Program-made: the position numbers and the translations under genes
From: an uncultured Lachnospiraceae bacterium
Lineage (GTDB): Bacteria > Bacillota > Clostridia > Lachnospirales > Lachnospiraceae
DNA length: 61,128 bases
NCBI GenBank assembly: GCA_910585065.1
Contig: CAJUCG010000001.1
Coordinates: forward strand, 1-61,128
Direction of reading: 5' to 3'
Notes under the pieces: generated by a model
Database searches by the model: none
What the model saw: the letters and a program-made list of their open reading frames with translations, nothing else
What the model was told of the DNA's origin: nothing
In this document: piece by piece, positions 23,485-32,406 of the stretch
Layout of the letters: every line of letters begins with the position of its first letter
How positions within the stretch are numbered: position 1 is the stretch's first letter

Positions 23485-24165
23485 TCACCTACTGCTCTCT
23501 CTTTTGCGCCGTTTCTCCTCTTCAAATACATATTTTACAATAATTTCCCGATCCGCTTCGCTGATATTTGTAAATTCTACACGGTTCTCATAAATTTTTT
23601 TGCGGTTTTTAAGATCTGCGCTGGCAATGACTTTTGCTCGAAGCTGAAATTCACTTTTGTTCTCTCCAAGCAACAGTGCAAAACTAATGCCAAGTTCCTC
23701 CCCCGGCAAAAAGGCTTCCTCCGCGTTAAAACGCGCGCCGCCCCCGCTGATATCAACAATAGTCGCCGCTTTTATGTCCTCCGCCAGTTCTCCCTCCTGC
23801 GCCATCGGTCGGTAATACATATCGATAATACAGTTTAAGCGAAAAAATTGTCTGCACTGAAATTTTTCTATCTCCGAGGCACACTCCATCTTTACCAGGA
23901 AAAGCTGTTCCAGGCAGTAGCGGTCACTTACCTGCGCGATACAATAATAAAGTTCTTCTTTGGCATGAAAAAACATATTGTAGCGTTCCCCGATATCAAG
24001 AAAAACCATTTTTTCCTCCATCGGCATTGCAATCACCAGGGTATCGTCATCTTTTACCTCTGTCAGCTGACCAACCAACGTCCTTGCCCCCGCGATCTCC
24101 TTTAATTTCCCCGTGTACTTTGTCAGCGTGATCTTTTGTCCGATAGTTAGCCCTCTTGCCATCAT
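23485..24165 (-). CDS. YcgR/MotI-like PilZ-domain protein (c-di-GMP-responsive flagellar brake candidate)
   Basis: RQFFR (RxxxR) and DISGGGA (DxSxxG) motifs in the C-terminal half, with a PilZN-like N-terminal half. Confidence 0.8.
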   Translation of the reverse strand: MMARGLTIGQKITLTKYTGKLKEIAGARTLVGQLTEVKDDDTLVIAMPMEEKMVFLDIGERYNMFFHAKEELYYCIAQVSDRYCLEQLFLVKMECASEIEKFQCRQFFRLNCIIDMYYRPMAQEGELAEDIKAATIVDISGGGARFNAEEAFLPGEELGISFALLLGENKSEFQLRAKVIASADLKNRKKIYENRVEFTNISEADREIIVKYVFEEEKRRKRESSR

Positions 24166-24177
24166 AATGCCCCCATT

Positions 24178-25077
24178 CTAAGCGTTCCACTTCTGTCGGT
24201 TCGCCGTCCGGAGCAGGTTGTTAAAAAGATGCGCAATCCCCTTTCTTCCCTCCCCCGTCTGAGCATAAGCCCCTGCAAGTTTTACGGCCAACTCTCTAAG
24301 TGCCTTTCCCGCGCCCGAATCCGGCACGGATAACACTACTGGCTTTTGTCGTATAATCGCTTTTGATACCTGTTCATCCTGCGGGATGCTGCCGAGATAT
24401 TCCATCTCAAAATCTAGGAACCTCGTCACCACCATATTGATTTTTTCGAATAGTTCCCTACCCTCATTCTTTGCCGTCACCCGGTTAGCAATCATTTTAA
24501 TGCAAGTATCCTCCGCAGAAAATTCTGCCTTTTTGTTCAATGTTTTTAACAGCGCGTATGCGTCGGTGATCGAGGTCGGCTCCGGCGTTATCACCAAAAG
24601 AACCTCCGCGCCCGCCGACACAAATTCAAGAACAGCATCTGTAATGCCCGCCCCCGTATCAATAATCACAATATCCGCCATCTCATCTAACTCTGCAAGC
24701 CGCGAAGTCAGATTTAAGATCTGATCCCTCGTTAGGCTTGTCAGCTCGTGAATTCCGGAACCTCCGGAAATAAACCCGATCCCCTCCGGTCCTTTTATTA
24801 TAATATCCGTAAGATTCTTCCCCCGAAACATCATATCCGCGAGATTGTATTCCGGGCGGATTCCAAGCATTACCTCAATATTTGCCAGACCAAAGTCCAC
24901 ATCTAACACCAGCACCCGCTTGCCCATCCTTGCAAGTTCAATCGCCAGGTTTACAGAGATGCTGGATTTTCCAACGCCGCCCTTGCCACTTGTCACGGTA
25001 ATTACACGGGCGGGATTTGAAGGTTGGCTAATGGTATTTTCCCTTACCAGCTTTCTTAACTGTTCCGCCTGATCCAT
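24178..25077 (-). CDS. flhG: MinD/ParA-type ATPase FlhG (YlxH)
   Basis: Deviant Walker A TSGKGGVGKS. It lies directly after flhF. Confidence 0.85.
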   Translation of the reverse strand: MDQAEQLRKLVRENTISQPSNPARVITVTSGKGGVGKSSISVNLAIELARMGKRVLVLDVDFGLANIEVMLGIRPEYNLADMMFRGKNLTDIIIKGPEGIGFISGGSGIHELTSLTRDQILNLTSRLAELDEMADIVIIDTGAGITDAVLEFVSAGAEVLLVITPEPTSITDAYALLKTLNKKAEFSAEDTCIKMIANRVTAKNEGRELFEKINMVVTRFLDFEMEYLGSIPQDEQVSKAIIRQKPVVLSVPDSGAGKALRELAVKLAGAYAQTGEGRKGIAHLFNNLLRTANRQKWNA

Positions 25078-26265
25078 TTATTCACTGCCTCCTAACAATT
25101 GTTTTGCAATGTTCTGAGGATCGATCGCGCTGATATCATCCGGAACATTCTGACCAAAAGTTGCATAAGACAGCGGTGCCCCCGTTTTCATACGGATATT
25201 TAGCAGATTGCCAATGCAGTTTGTCTCGTCCAGTTTTGTGAAGATCAGCGCGTAATCTACAATCTGTAAATAGCTGTCTGTAATCTTTAATAAGTCGTGA
25301 TATTTCGTCGTGGCACTCAGCACAAGAAAAACTTCTCGCTCCCTTTCCGGAACGGAATTCAAAAGCCGTTCAAGATCGTCGCGCTGCTCCCTGTTTTTGT
25401 AGGAACGCCCCGCCGTATCCACCAGTACAATATCATAATCTTTCAGTTTCTCTTTCGCCTCTTTCACTTCCTCCGGCGAGTAGACAACGTGCAGCGGAAT
25501 ATCGAGAATATTCGCGTAGGTCGTCAGCTGCTCCACGGCGGCGATACGGTAAGTATCCGCCGTCATCAAGGCAATCTTTTTCTTTTTGTTCATCTTGAGC
25601 ATGGAGGCAATCTTCGCGATGGTCGTTGTCTTGCCCACGCCCGTAGGCCCGATAAAAAAGATATATTTCGGCTGGTTTTTTCCCGCTTCAATCGCGTGGA
25701 TCTGTCCCAGTTTAAGCACAATTTTTTGATACATACTCGTCAGAATATTATTCATCCCCGTATTTTTTTTCAGACTGTGTTCAATCTCGCCAATCATCTG
25801 GTTTGCGTAGGTTTCATCCACCTCGTTCGCAATCATCTGATTATAAATTAGCTGCAGACATGCAAGGTTGGAGTCCATGTCTTCCTCTGCCACAGCCTCC
25901 TTTTCCTCCCCCCCGTCACTCTCTAATTTGTTTGTGCGAATAGTGATTTGATTTTCTAATATATCCTGGAGTTTATCCAGTTTTTGTTCTATCGCAGTAG
26001 AACCACCTCCGAAGCCCGCCGCTGGCATCTCATCCTCATAAATAATATTTGGATTGCGCTTTACTGGCTCCTCCTTTGCCTTTTGCTGCTTTCCATTCTC
26101 ATCCACCGCCGCCGTAATCTCCACGCTCGGTTTGCGAAACAGCTTATAGATCCCCCTTGGCAGATTTTTCTTAATATTCATCACGATCGCATCCATGCCA
26201 AGTTCTTTCTTCGCAAGTAATATGGCTTCCGCTTCCGTACTTGCGGTGAATTTTTTAATTATCAT
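25078..26265 (-). CDS. flhF: SRP-type GTPase FlhF
   Basis: GPTGVGKTTTIAK, DTAGR and TKLDE G-motifs. Confidence 0.9.
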   Translation of the reverse strand: MIIKKFTASTEAEAILLAKKELGMDAIVMNIKKNLPRGIYKLFRKPSVEITAAVDENGKQQKAKEEPVKRNPNIIYEDEMPAAGFGGGSTAIEQKLDKLQDILENQITIRTNKLESDGGEEKEAVAEEDMDSNLACLQLIYNQMIANEVDETYANQMIGEIEHSLKKNTGMNNILTSMYQKIVLKLGQIHAIEAGKNQPKYIFFIGPTGVGKTTTIAKIASMLKMNKKKKIALMTADTYRIAAVEQLTTYANILDIPLHVVYSPEEVKEAKEKLKDYDIVLVDTAGRSYKNREQRDDLERLLNSVPEREREVFLVLSATTKYHDLLKITDSYLQIVDYALIFTKLDETNCIGNLLNIRMKTGAPLSYATFGQNVPDDISAIDPQNIAKQLLGGSE

Positions 26266-26266
26266 T

Positions 26267-28300
26267 TTATGCTGTCACCATCCCCACTGATTGTAATTCA
26301 ACATTTGATTCGATCTCATTGTACGATACAACGATTAAGTCCTGGAAATAATCTCTCGAAAGGCGTTTAAAGTACATACGCACAATCGGCGAGGTGATAA
26401 TTACTGGGTTCTTTCCAAGATTTTCCAGTTTTCCAACTTCCTCCTCGACAGATTTCATAATCTTTTGTGTTCGATCCGGGTCGAGTGCCAGGAAAGCTCC
26501 CTGCTCCGTCTGCTTGACACTGCCCATAATTTCCTGCTCGATCTTCGGGTCGAGCGTGACCACACTTGTCATCTCGCCGCTCGGGAAATACTTATTTGAG
26601 ATCGCGCGCTTTAAGCTCTGGCGAACATATTCAGTCAATACATCCGTATCGCGCGTAGTCGGCGCGTAATCGGCAAGAGTTTCAAAAATCGTGACAAGGT
26701 CTAAGATGGAGATTCCCTCGCGCAAAAGATTCTGCAATACCTTTTGAATTTCGCCCACACCAAGAAGTTTTGGAACAAGCTCCCCGATCAATGTCTGATT
26801 TGCCTCCTGCATATTGTTGATCAGGTTCTGTACATCCTGGCGTGTTAAGAGTTCGTCTAGATGGGTGCTGATTACTTGGGTCAAGTGCGTCGCAATAATG
26901 GACGGCGGATCAACTACCGTGTAGCCGTAGGACTCCGCTCTCTCCCTCTGATTCTCTGTGATCCAGATCGCTGGCAGATGATAGGATGGCTCGAATGTCG
27001 GGATTCCGGTGATTTCCTCCTCGACATAGCCGGGGTTCATTGCCATATAATGGTCAAAGAGAATTTCCCCGTCGCTAACTGGAATTCCCTTGATCTTAAT
27101 TACATACTGGTTCGGGTTGAGCTGGATATTATCGCGCAGACGGATAGTCGGCACAACACAGCCAAACTCTAATGCAATCTGCCTTCTGATCATCACGACA
27201 CGGTCAAGCAAATCGCCGCCCTGGTTGACATCGGCGAGCGGGATAATCCCGTAGCCGAATTCCAACTCAATAAAGTCCACATGCAAAAGTGAAGTGACAT
27301 TCTCCGGTCTTCGTATCTCCTCCGCACTCGTCTCCTCGATACTTGCTTCCGCCTCGATCTCCTGCACTTTGGTTCTGTTCTTGATCACGGTAGCCGTGGC
27401 GAGAAATGCAATGCCGTAAGGGCAGAAAATAATAAATGGCAGCGGCGTAAAAATGCCCAAAAATACCATGCTTCCGCCAACCATATAAAGCACCTTAGGA
27501 ATCGAAAAAAGCTGTTTTACTAATAAATCGCCGATATCGGCTTCCTTTGAAACCTTTGTGACAAGAATACCGGTAGCAAGTGAGATCATCAGCGAGGGAA
27601 TCTGACTGACTAAGCCGTCCCCGATGGTAAGCATCGCATATTTATTTAACGCCTGCGTTGCAGTAAGTCCGCCGCGCATCATTCCCATCACCACGCCGCC
27701 GACCAAATTGATCACAGTGATGATAAGACCCGCTGTCGCATCCCCCTTTACGTACTTTGTCGCACCATCCATAGAGCCGAAGAATGCGGATTCCTCCTGA
27801 ATTTTTTCGCGGCGTTCCTTCGCCTGCTGATCAGTGATCGCACCGGTATTTAAGTCGGCATCAATCGCCATCTGTTTTCCGGGCATTGCGTCGAGCGTAA
27901 ATCTCGCCGTCACTTCGGATACGCGCTCCGAACCTTTGTTTATTACAAGAAACTGGACAATTACTAAAATAATAAAGACAATCATGCCGACCACTGGATC
28001 GCCCCTGCCCACAAACTCTCCAAACTGTGTCACGACAGCTCCCGGCTCTCCGGTAGTCAAAATCAGTTTTGTCGACGATACATTTAGCGAGATGCGGAAT
28101 GTCGTCGTAAAGAGCAAGATGGTTGGGAACGTGGACATATTTAGCACTTCCTGCGAAAAGAGCGCATTGAACAAAACAATCATGGCGATGGAGATATTTA
28201 ACGCCAAAAGAACATCGAGCAGACTTGACTTCATCGGTACAATCAAGAATACAATTGCCGCGAGAATATAAATTCCGATTGCAAAATCCGCTTTTCTCAT
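26267..28300 (-). CDS. flhA: Flagellar export gate protein FlhA
   Basis: 677 aa with the conserved FRISLNVSSTKLIL and GDGLVSQIPSL blocks. Confidence 0.95.
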   Translation of the reverse strand: MRKADFAIGIYILAAIVFLIVPMKSSLLDVLLALNISIAMIVLFNALFSQEVLNMSTFPTILLFTTTFRISLNVSSTKLILTTGEPGAVVTQFGEFVGRGDPVVGMIVFIILVIVQFLVINKGSERVSEVTARFTLDAMPGKQMAIDADLNTGAITDQQAKERREKIQEESAFFGSMDGATKYVKGDATAGLIITVINLVGGVVMGMMRGGLTATQALNKYAMLTIGDGLVSQIPSLMISLATGILVTKVSKEADIGDLLVKQLFSIPKVLYMVGGSMVFLGIFTPLPFIIFCPYGIAFLATATVIKNRTKVQEIEAEASIEETSAEEIRRPENVTSLLHVDFIELEFGYGIIPLADVNQGGDLLDRVVMIRRQIALEFGCVVPTIRLRDNIQLNPNQYVIKIKGIPVSDGEILFDHYMAMNPGYVEEEITGIPTFEPSYHLPAIWITENQRERAESYGYTVVDPPSIIATHLTQVISTHLDELLTRQDVQNLINNMQEANQTLIGELVPKLLGVGEIQKVLQNLLREGISILDLVTIFETLADYAPTTRDTDVLTEYVRQSLKRAISNKYFPSGEMTSVVTLDPKIEQEIMGSVKQTEQGAFLALDPDRTQKIMKSVEEEVGKLENLGKNPVIITSPIVRMYFKRLSRDYFQDLIVVSYNEIESNVELQSVGMVTA

Positions 28301-28355
28301 TCCCGTTTCTCCTTTCCTCTATTCTCTAAATGGAATTTTCTTCCAATTCTTTTCA

Positions 28356-29522
28356 TTAAACCGCTTTATTTTTCAAATTATATACATAGGAGAGGACTTC
28401 CGCCGTCATCTGGTAAAGTTCTACCGGAATTTCCTGCTCCAAATCAACATTGTAATACAGCATACGTGCAAGAGGTTTGTTCTCGACAATCGGAATATTA
28501 TATTCCTTTGCCGCCTCCCTTATTTTTGCCGCCACATAATCCGCACCTTTTGCAATCAATACCGGCGCGGAAGAAACTTCCTTATCATATTTGAGTGCGC
28601 AGGCAAAATGCGTAGGGTTTGTAATAACAACATCCGCCTCCGGCAGCTGCTGCATCATTCTGCGCTGGGATGCCTCACGCATCTTCTGGCGAATCCGGCC
28701 TTTGATCTGCGGGTCGCCCTCTGTCTGTTTATACTCATCCTTTACTTCCTGTTTGGTCATCCGCATTTCCTTTTTAAATTTTCTCTTCTGGTAAATCAAA
28801 TCGGCAAAACCAATCACTAAGAAAAACGCGCTGATCCGAATCCCTAGATCGATAATCTCCTCGCCAATATAGACGGCGGCAGCAGAGATATTGCCGATCT
28901 GGTAGAGAAGATATAAATGGTCAATCTTATCCTTTATCATCGAGTAGGCAATCACACAGATCACAAGAATCTTGGCGATCGCTTTTACTAGCTCCATCAC
29001 CTTATCCATGGAAAAGATCTTTTTAAATCCTTTAATGGGATTGAGCTTGCTAAATTTGGGCATCAGGGGCTTTCCTGTCACTTTCCATTTTACTTGAACT
29101 ACATTGGTGACAAACGCAATCAAAAACGCGATCGCGAGAAAGGGCAGAATCGCCAACAATATAGTGAAAATCCCACTCTGCAAAAGCCTTCCAAGGGTAT
29201 TTTGGTTAAACTCATCTAAACTTATCGTGCCAATCATGCCATAGGTGTCAAAAAAGGATCCGAGCAAAAGATTTCCAAGAAAGCCTGTAAACACCTTTAG
29301 GGAGAGAAAGAGCCCCATCAGACCAAAAGCGGTGGTCAGCTCCTGGCTCTTTGATACCTGACCTTCCTTTCTGGCATCCTCTAATTTTTTTGTCGTCGGT
29401 TCCTCGGTCTTTTCCCCGCCCGGTCCCTCCTGCGCAAAAAACTGTAGACGAAGCGGATACGGGCAGAAAAGATCCCTTTCTGCATTCCCCATCGATTCCG
29501 CACTCTGCGCCATCTGCCTCAT
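28356..29522 (-). CDS. flhB: Flagellar export switch protein FlhB (start uncertain: 29522, 29513 or 29492)
   Basis: EKTEEPTTKKLEDARKEGQV N-terminus and the NPTH autocleavage site (VVITNPTHFA). Confidence 0.9.
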   Translation of the reverse strand: MRQMAQSAESMGNAERDLFCPYPLRLQFFAQEGPGGEKTEEPTTKKLEDARKEGQVSKSQELTTAFGLMGLFLSLKVFTGFLGNLLLGSFFDTYGMIGTISLDEFNQNTLGRLLQSGIFTILLAILPFLAIAFLIAFVTNVVQVKWKVTGKPLMPKFSKLNPIKGFKKIFSMDKVMELVKAIAKILVICVIAYSMIKDKIDHLYLLYQIGNISAAAVYIGEEIIDLGIRISAFFLVIGFADLIYQKRKFKKEMRMTKQEVKDEYKQTEGDPQIKGRIRQKMREASQRRMMQQLPEADVVITNPTHFACALKYDKEVSSAPVLIAKGADYVAAKIREAAKEYNIPIVENKPLARMLYYNVDLEQEIPVELYQMTAEVLSYVYNLKNKAV

Positions 29523-29535
29523 CCTTCCCCTTATA

Positions 29536-30303
29536 TTAATGCAGATAAACCGATGCCTTCTTTAACATATCAAGCATCTGGTCAAAGATAAAATCGGCGA
29601 TCGAGTCAAGCTGTGCGGTAATTACGACAAGTACCACAAGACCAATCAGGACCTTTAGCTGGATTCCGATCACAAACATATTCATCTGCGGTGCTACCTT
29701 TGCCAAGATTGCAAGCACCGCATTTGCAATCATAATCGCCGCAAATACCGGGAGTGCGATCCGAAACCCAATCACACAGAAGTCCACAATAAACTGAACC
29801 ATCAGCTTGTAAATTTCAGTGTTGAGCGAAACACCATTTAACGGGATCAATTCAAAGGAATCGACAATCGCCTCCACAATATAATAGTGCAGCCTTGACA
29901 CCAGCATCACCAGCAAAACCGCATAATTATAAATATTTGAGGTTAAAGAAACCGTGCTTTTTGTCGCGGGATCATACTCCGTTGCCATGGAAAACCCAAT
30001 CTGCATATCCATAATCTGCCCCGCAAACGAGAGAATAAAAGTACAGATATTGGAAAAGAGTCCCAGCACCACTCCTGCAAGCACATTTTCTGCCACCAAG
30101 AGCAGATAGCCGAGTGAACCGGAATAGGCAAGCGGCTGGTAGGTCGAGATTGTAAATACCAGATAGGCAAGCACCGCGGAAAGACCGACCTTTATCCTCT
30201 GTGGAACGGTATTCATCGAGAAGAACGGTGCGGCATAGACAAAAGCCGATATTCTTGCAAGGATCACAAGATAAAACTCAAACTGCTCTAAGGTAAATGT
30301 CAT
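29536..30303 (-). CDS. fliR: Flagellar export protein FliR
   Basis: 255-aa polytopic protein in the fliPQR position. Confidence 0.9.
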   Translation of the reverse strand: MTFTLEQFEFYLVILARISAFVYAAPFFSMNTVPQRIKVGLSAVLAYLVFTISTYQPLAYSGSLGYLLLVAENVLAGVVLGLFSNICTFILSFAGQIMDMQIGFSMATEYDPATKSTVSLTSNIYNYAVLLVMLVSRLHYYIVEAIVDSFELIPLNGVSLNTEIYKLMVQFIVDFCVIGFRIALPVFAAIMIANAVLAILAKVAPQMNMFVIGIQLKVLIGLVVLVVITAQLDSIADFIFDQMLDMLKKASVYLH

Positions 30304-30395
30304 ATCTGCTTCTCGCCCCTCTCGTGTATCAAAATTTTCGGTGTGAAAGGGGTAACTCCAAAAATCCCTTTAGCTTTCCCTATGCCCCTTCACAC

Positions 30396-30668
30396 TCAGC
30401 CCTTTAAGAAATACGGTAAATTCTGCATCAGATAGGCGAAGAACTCGACGACTGAGTTCATAATCCATCGTCCGCAAAGCATAATAGTGATAAAGATCCC
30501 CAATAATTTTGGTACAAAGGTCAGTGTTTGCTCCTGTATCGAAGTAACTGTCTGCAAAATACTGATAATCAGACCGACGATAAGCGACACCAAAAGCATC
30601 GGTGCTGACACCTTTACAATCAGGTAGAGTGCGCGGTTTACCACCTCAATTACCTGCGTCTCCGACAT
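30396..30668 (-). CDS. fliQ: Flagellar export protein FliQ
   Basis: 90-aa protein with LLVSLIVGLIISILQTVTSIQEQTL. Confidence 0.9.
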   Translation of the reverse strand: MSETQVIEVVNRALYLIVKVSAPMLLVSLIVGLIISILQTVTSIQEQTLTFVPKLLGIFITIMLCGRWIMNSVVEFFAYLMQNLPYFLKG

Positions 30669-30710
30669 ATTGTTCCCCCTTCTTTTTGGCTTCGGAATTT
30701 TTTTATTCCA

Positions 30711-31541
30711 TTAAAGCATCCGAAATGTTGCGATTAACTGCTCAATAATCAGGTTCCAGCCATCCGCCATAATAAAAAGCAGGATCTTAAACGGCATGGA
30801 GATTGTTGTTGGCGGCAGCATCATCATTCCCATTGACATCAGCGTGGAGGCCACTACCATATCAATAATGATAAACGGAATATAAATCATAAATCCGATA
30901 ATAAACGCCATTCGAAGTTCGCTGATAATAAATGCCGGAATCAGCACGGAAGTCGGACAGTCCTCCCTGCTCTCAAGCGAAGTATAGCCCGCCACCTTCA
31001 AAAAAAGCTTTAGATCCTTCTCGTCCGTCTGGTTAAACATAAATTCCCTCAGTGGTTCAAGCCCCCGCTCAAAGGCCTCCTCCTGTGAAATTTCCCCCGC
31101 AGAGAGCGGTTCGATCGCCTCAGTATTGATTTTTGAAAAGACTGGTGACATAATAAATACCGTGAGAAACAGTGCCAGTCCAATCAAAACTTGATTTGGC
31201 GGCGTTGTCTGCATTCCGAGTGCCGTCCTAGTAAAATGGAGTACAATCAGGATGCGGGTAAACGAAGTCACCATAATCAAAATTGACGGCGCAATGGAGA
31301 TAATGGTAATTAAAATCAGGACTTGCAGCGTCGAAGTCAGGGAACCGCCATCTTTGGTGCTAAAATAAAAAGAAAGCTCATTTCCGCCCTGATCCGTCAG
31401 CCCATTGTCCGTTGCCGCAGCAAATATTGTTTTGGGAGCATCAAAAAGAAAGGTCAACAGGCACACCCCGAAAACAACAAGTACTGCAATCATCCTTTTC
31501 TTATTCCTCTTTTTACAGTCCTTACATTTCATGTGTATCAA
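30711..31541 (-). CDS. fliP: Flagellar export protein FliP
   Basis: LVLHFTRTALGMQTTPPNQVLIGLALFLT and GFMIYIPFIIIDMVVAS. Confidence 0.9.
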   Translation of the reverse strand: MIHMKCKDCKKRNKKRMIAVLVVFGVCLLTFLFDAPKTIFAAATDNGLTDQGGNELSFYFSTKDGGSLTSTLQVLILITIISIAPSILIMVTSFTRILIVLHFTRTALGMQTTPPNQVLIGLALFLTVFIMSPVFSKINTEAIEPLSAGEISQEEAFERGLEPLREFMFNQTDEKDLKLFLKVAGYTSLESREDCPTSVLIPAFIISELRMAFIIGFMIYIPFIIIDMVVASTLMSMGMMMLPPTTISMPFKILLFIMADGWNLIIEQLIATFRML

Positions 31542-31544
31542 CCT

Positions 31545-32015
31545 TTACTTTATGTCATCGTCATATTCGCTGTTAGAAGAAGGATGATCCGAATCGGATC
31601 GCTCCTTCCCCTGTATGTCTGCACTTCTTTTTAACATCCCGTTAAAAATATTCTTAAAACTCGCCGTACTCTGCATATCCTCCCGCCACATCAAAATATC
31701 TTCCTCCTTTAATTCGGAGAGCATTGTCACTGTGTCCTTGCAGATGGCAATTATAAAATACCGCTTGCCCACCTGAATCAGAGAAAGATACTTATTCTGC
31801 GCCAGGTGAAATGTGTCAATCGTCTTGAAATTACTATTTTTCTGTCGTGAAAGCTGTTTTCCCCCCACCAGGCGCGTAACAAAATAGCTTGCCACAATAA
31901 TCAGGATACATACCCCAATCAAACCAATCAGACTCGCAATGCTGCCAAGTCTTGTGTCGGATAGAGGACTCGCGCCGCCATTTCCAGAGATTTCCAGAAA
32001 AATCATCTCAGCCAA
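31545..32015 (-). CDS. fliO: Flagellar biosynthesis protein FliO/FliZ
   Basis: Single TM helix plus KYLSLIQVGKRYFII, in the position between cheY and fliP. Confidence 0.7.
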   Translation of the reverse strand: MAEMIFLEISGNGGASPLSDTRLGSIASLIGLIGVCILIIVASYFVTRLVGGKQLSRQKNSNFKTIDTFHLAQNKYLSLIQVGKRYFIIAICKDTVTMLSELKEEDILMWREDMQSTASFKNIFNGMLKRSADIQGKERSDSDHPSSNSEYDDDIK

Positions 32016-32370
32016 TCGCTTTCTTTACTGCCTCCAATACGCGGTCCGGCTGGAATGGTTTTACGATGAAATCCTTTGCTCCGGACTGGATCGACTCAAT
32101 AACCATCGCTTGCTGCCCCATCGCAGAACACATGATAATCGCCGCATTCGGATCCGCCGCCTTGATCTTTTTGAGTGCCTGAATCCCATCCATCTCCGGC
32201 ATGGTAATATCCATCATAACAAGATCTGGCTTGGTTTCATTATACTTCTCCACCGCCTTCTGGCCATTCTCCGCCTCGCCGACAATCGTGTATCCGTTCT
32301 TGGTCAGGATATCCTTGATCATCATCCTCATAAACGCTGCATCATCACAAATCAAAATATTCTTCGCCAT
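32008..32370 (-). CDS. cheY: Chemotaxis response regulator CheY
   Basis: 120-aa REC domain with ILICDDAAFMR and DITMPEMDG. Confidence 0.9.
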   Translation of the reverse strand: MAKNILICDDAAFMRMMIKDILTKNGYTIVGEAENGQKAVEKYNETKPDLVMMDITMPEMDGIQALKKIKAADPNAAIIMCSAMGQQAMVIESIQSGAKDFIVKPFQPDRVLEAVKKAIG

Positions 32371-32406
32371 ATTCTCTCTCCTTTTTGTATGAATTTTGGG
32401 CGCGAC

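Noticed and set aside
27524-27535. GCCGATATCGGC palindrome inside flhA as an internal sigma-28 promoter. Other isolated GCCGATA(A/T) hits were seen at 2988, 48567 and 60956.
   Set aside because: None has TAAA at 14-16 nt upstream in the relevant orientation. Several are on the non-coding strand, pointing away from any gene.
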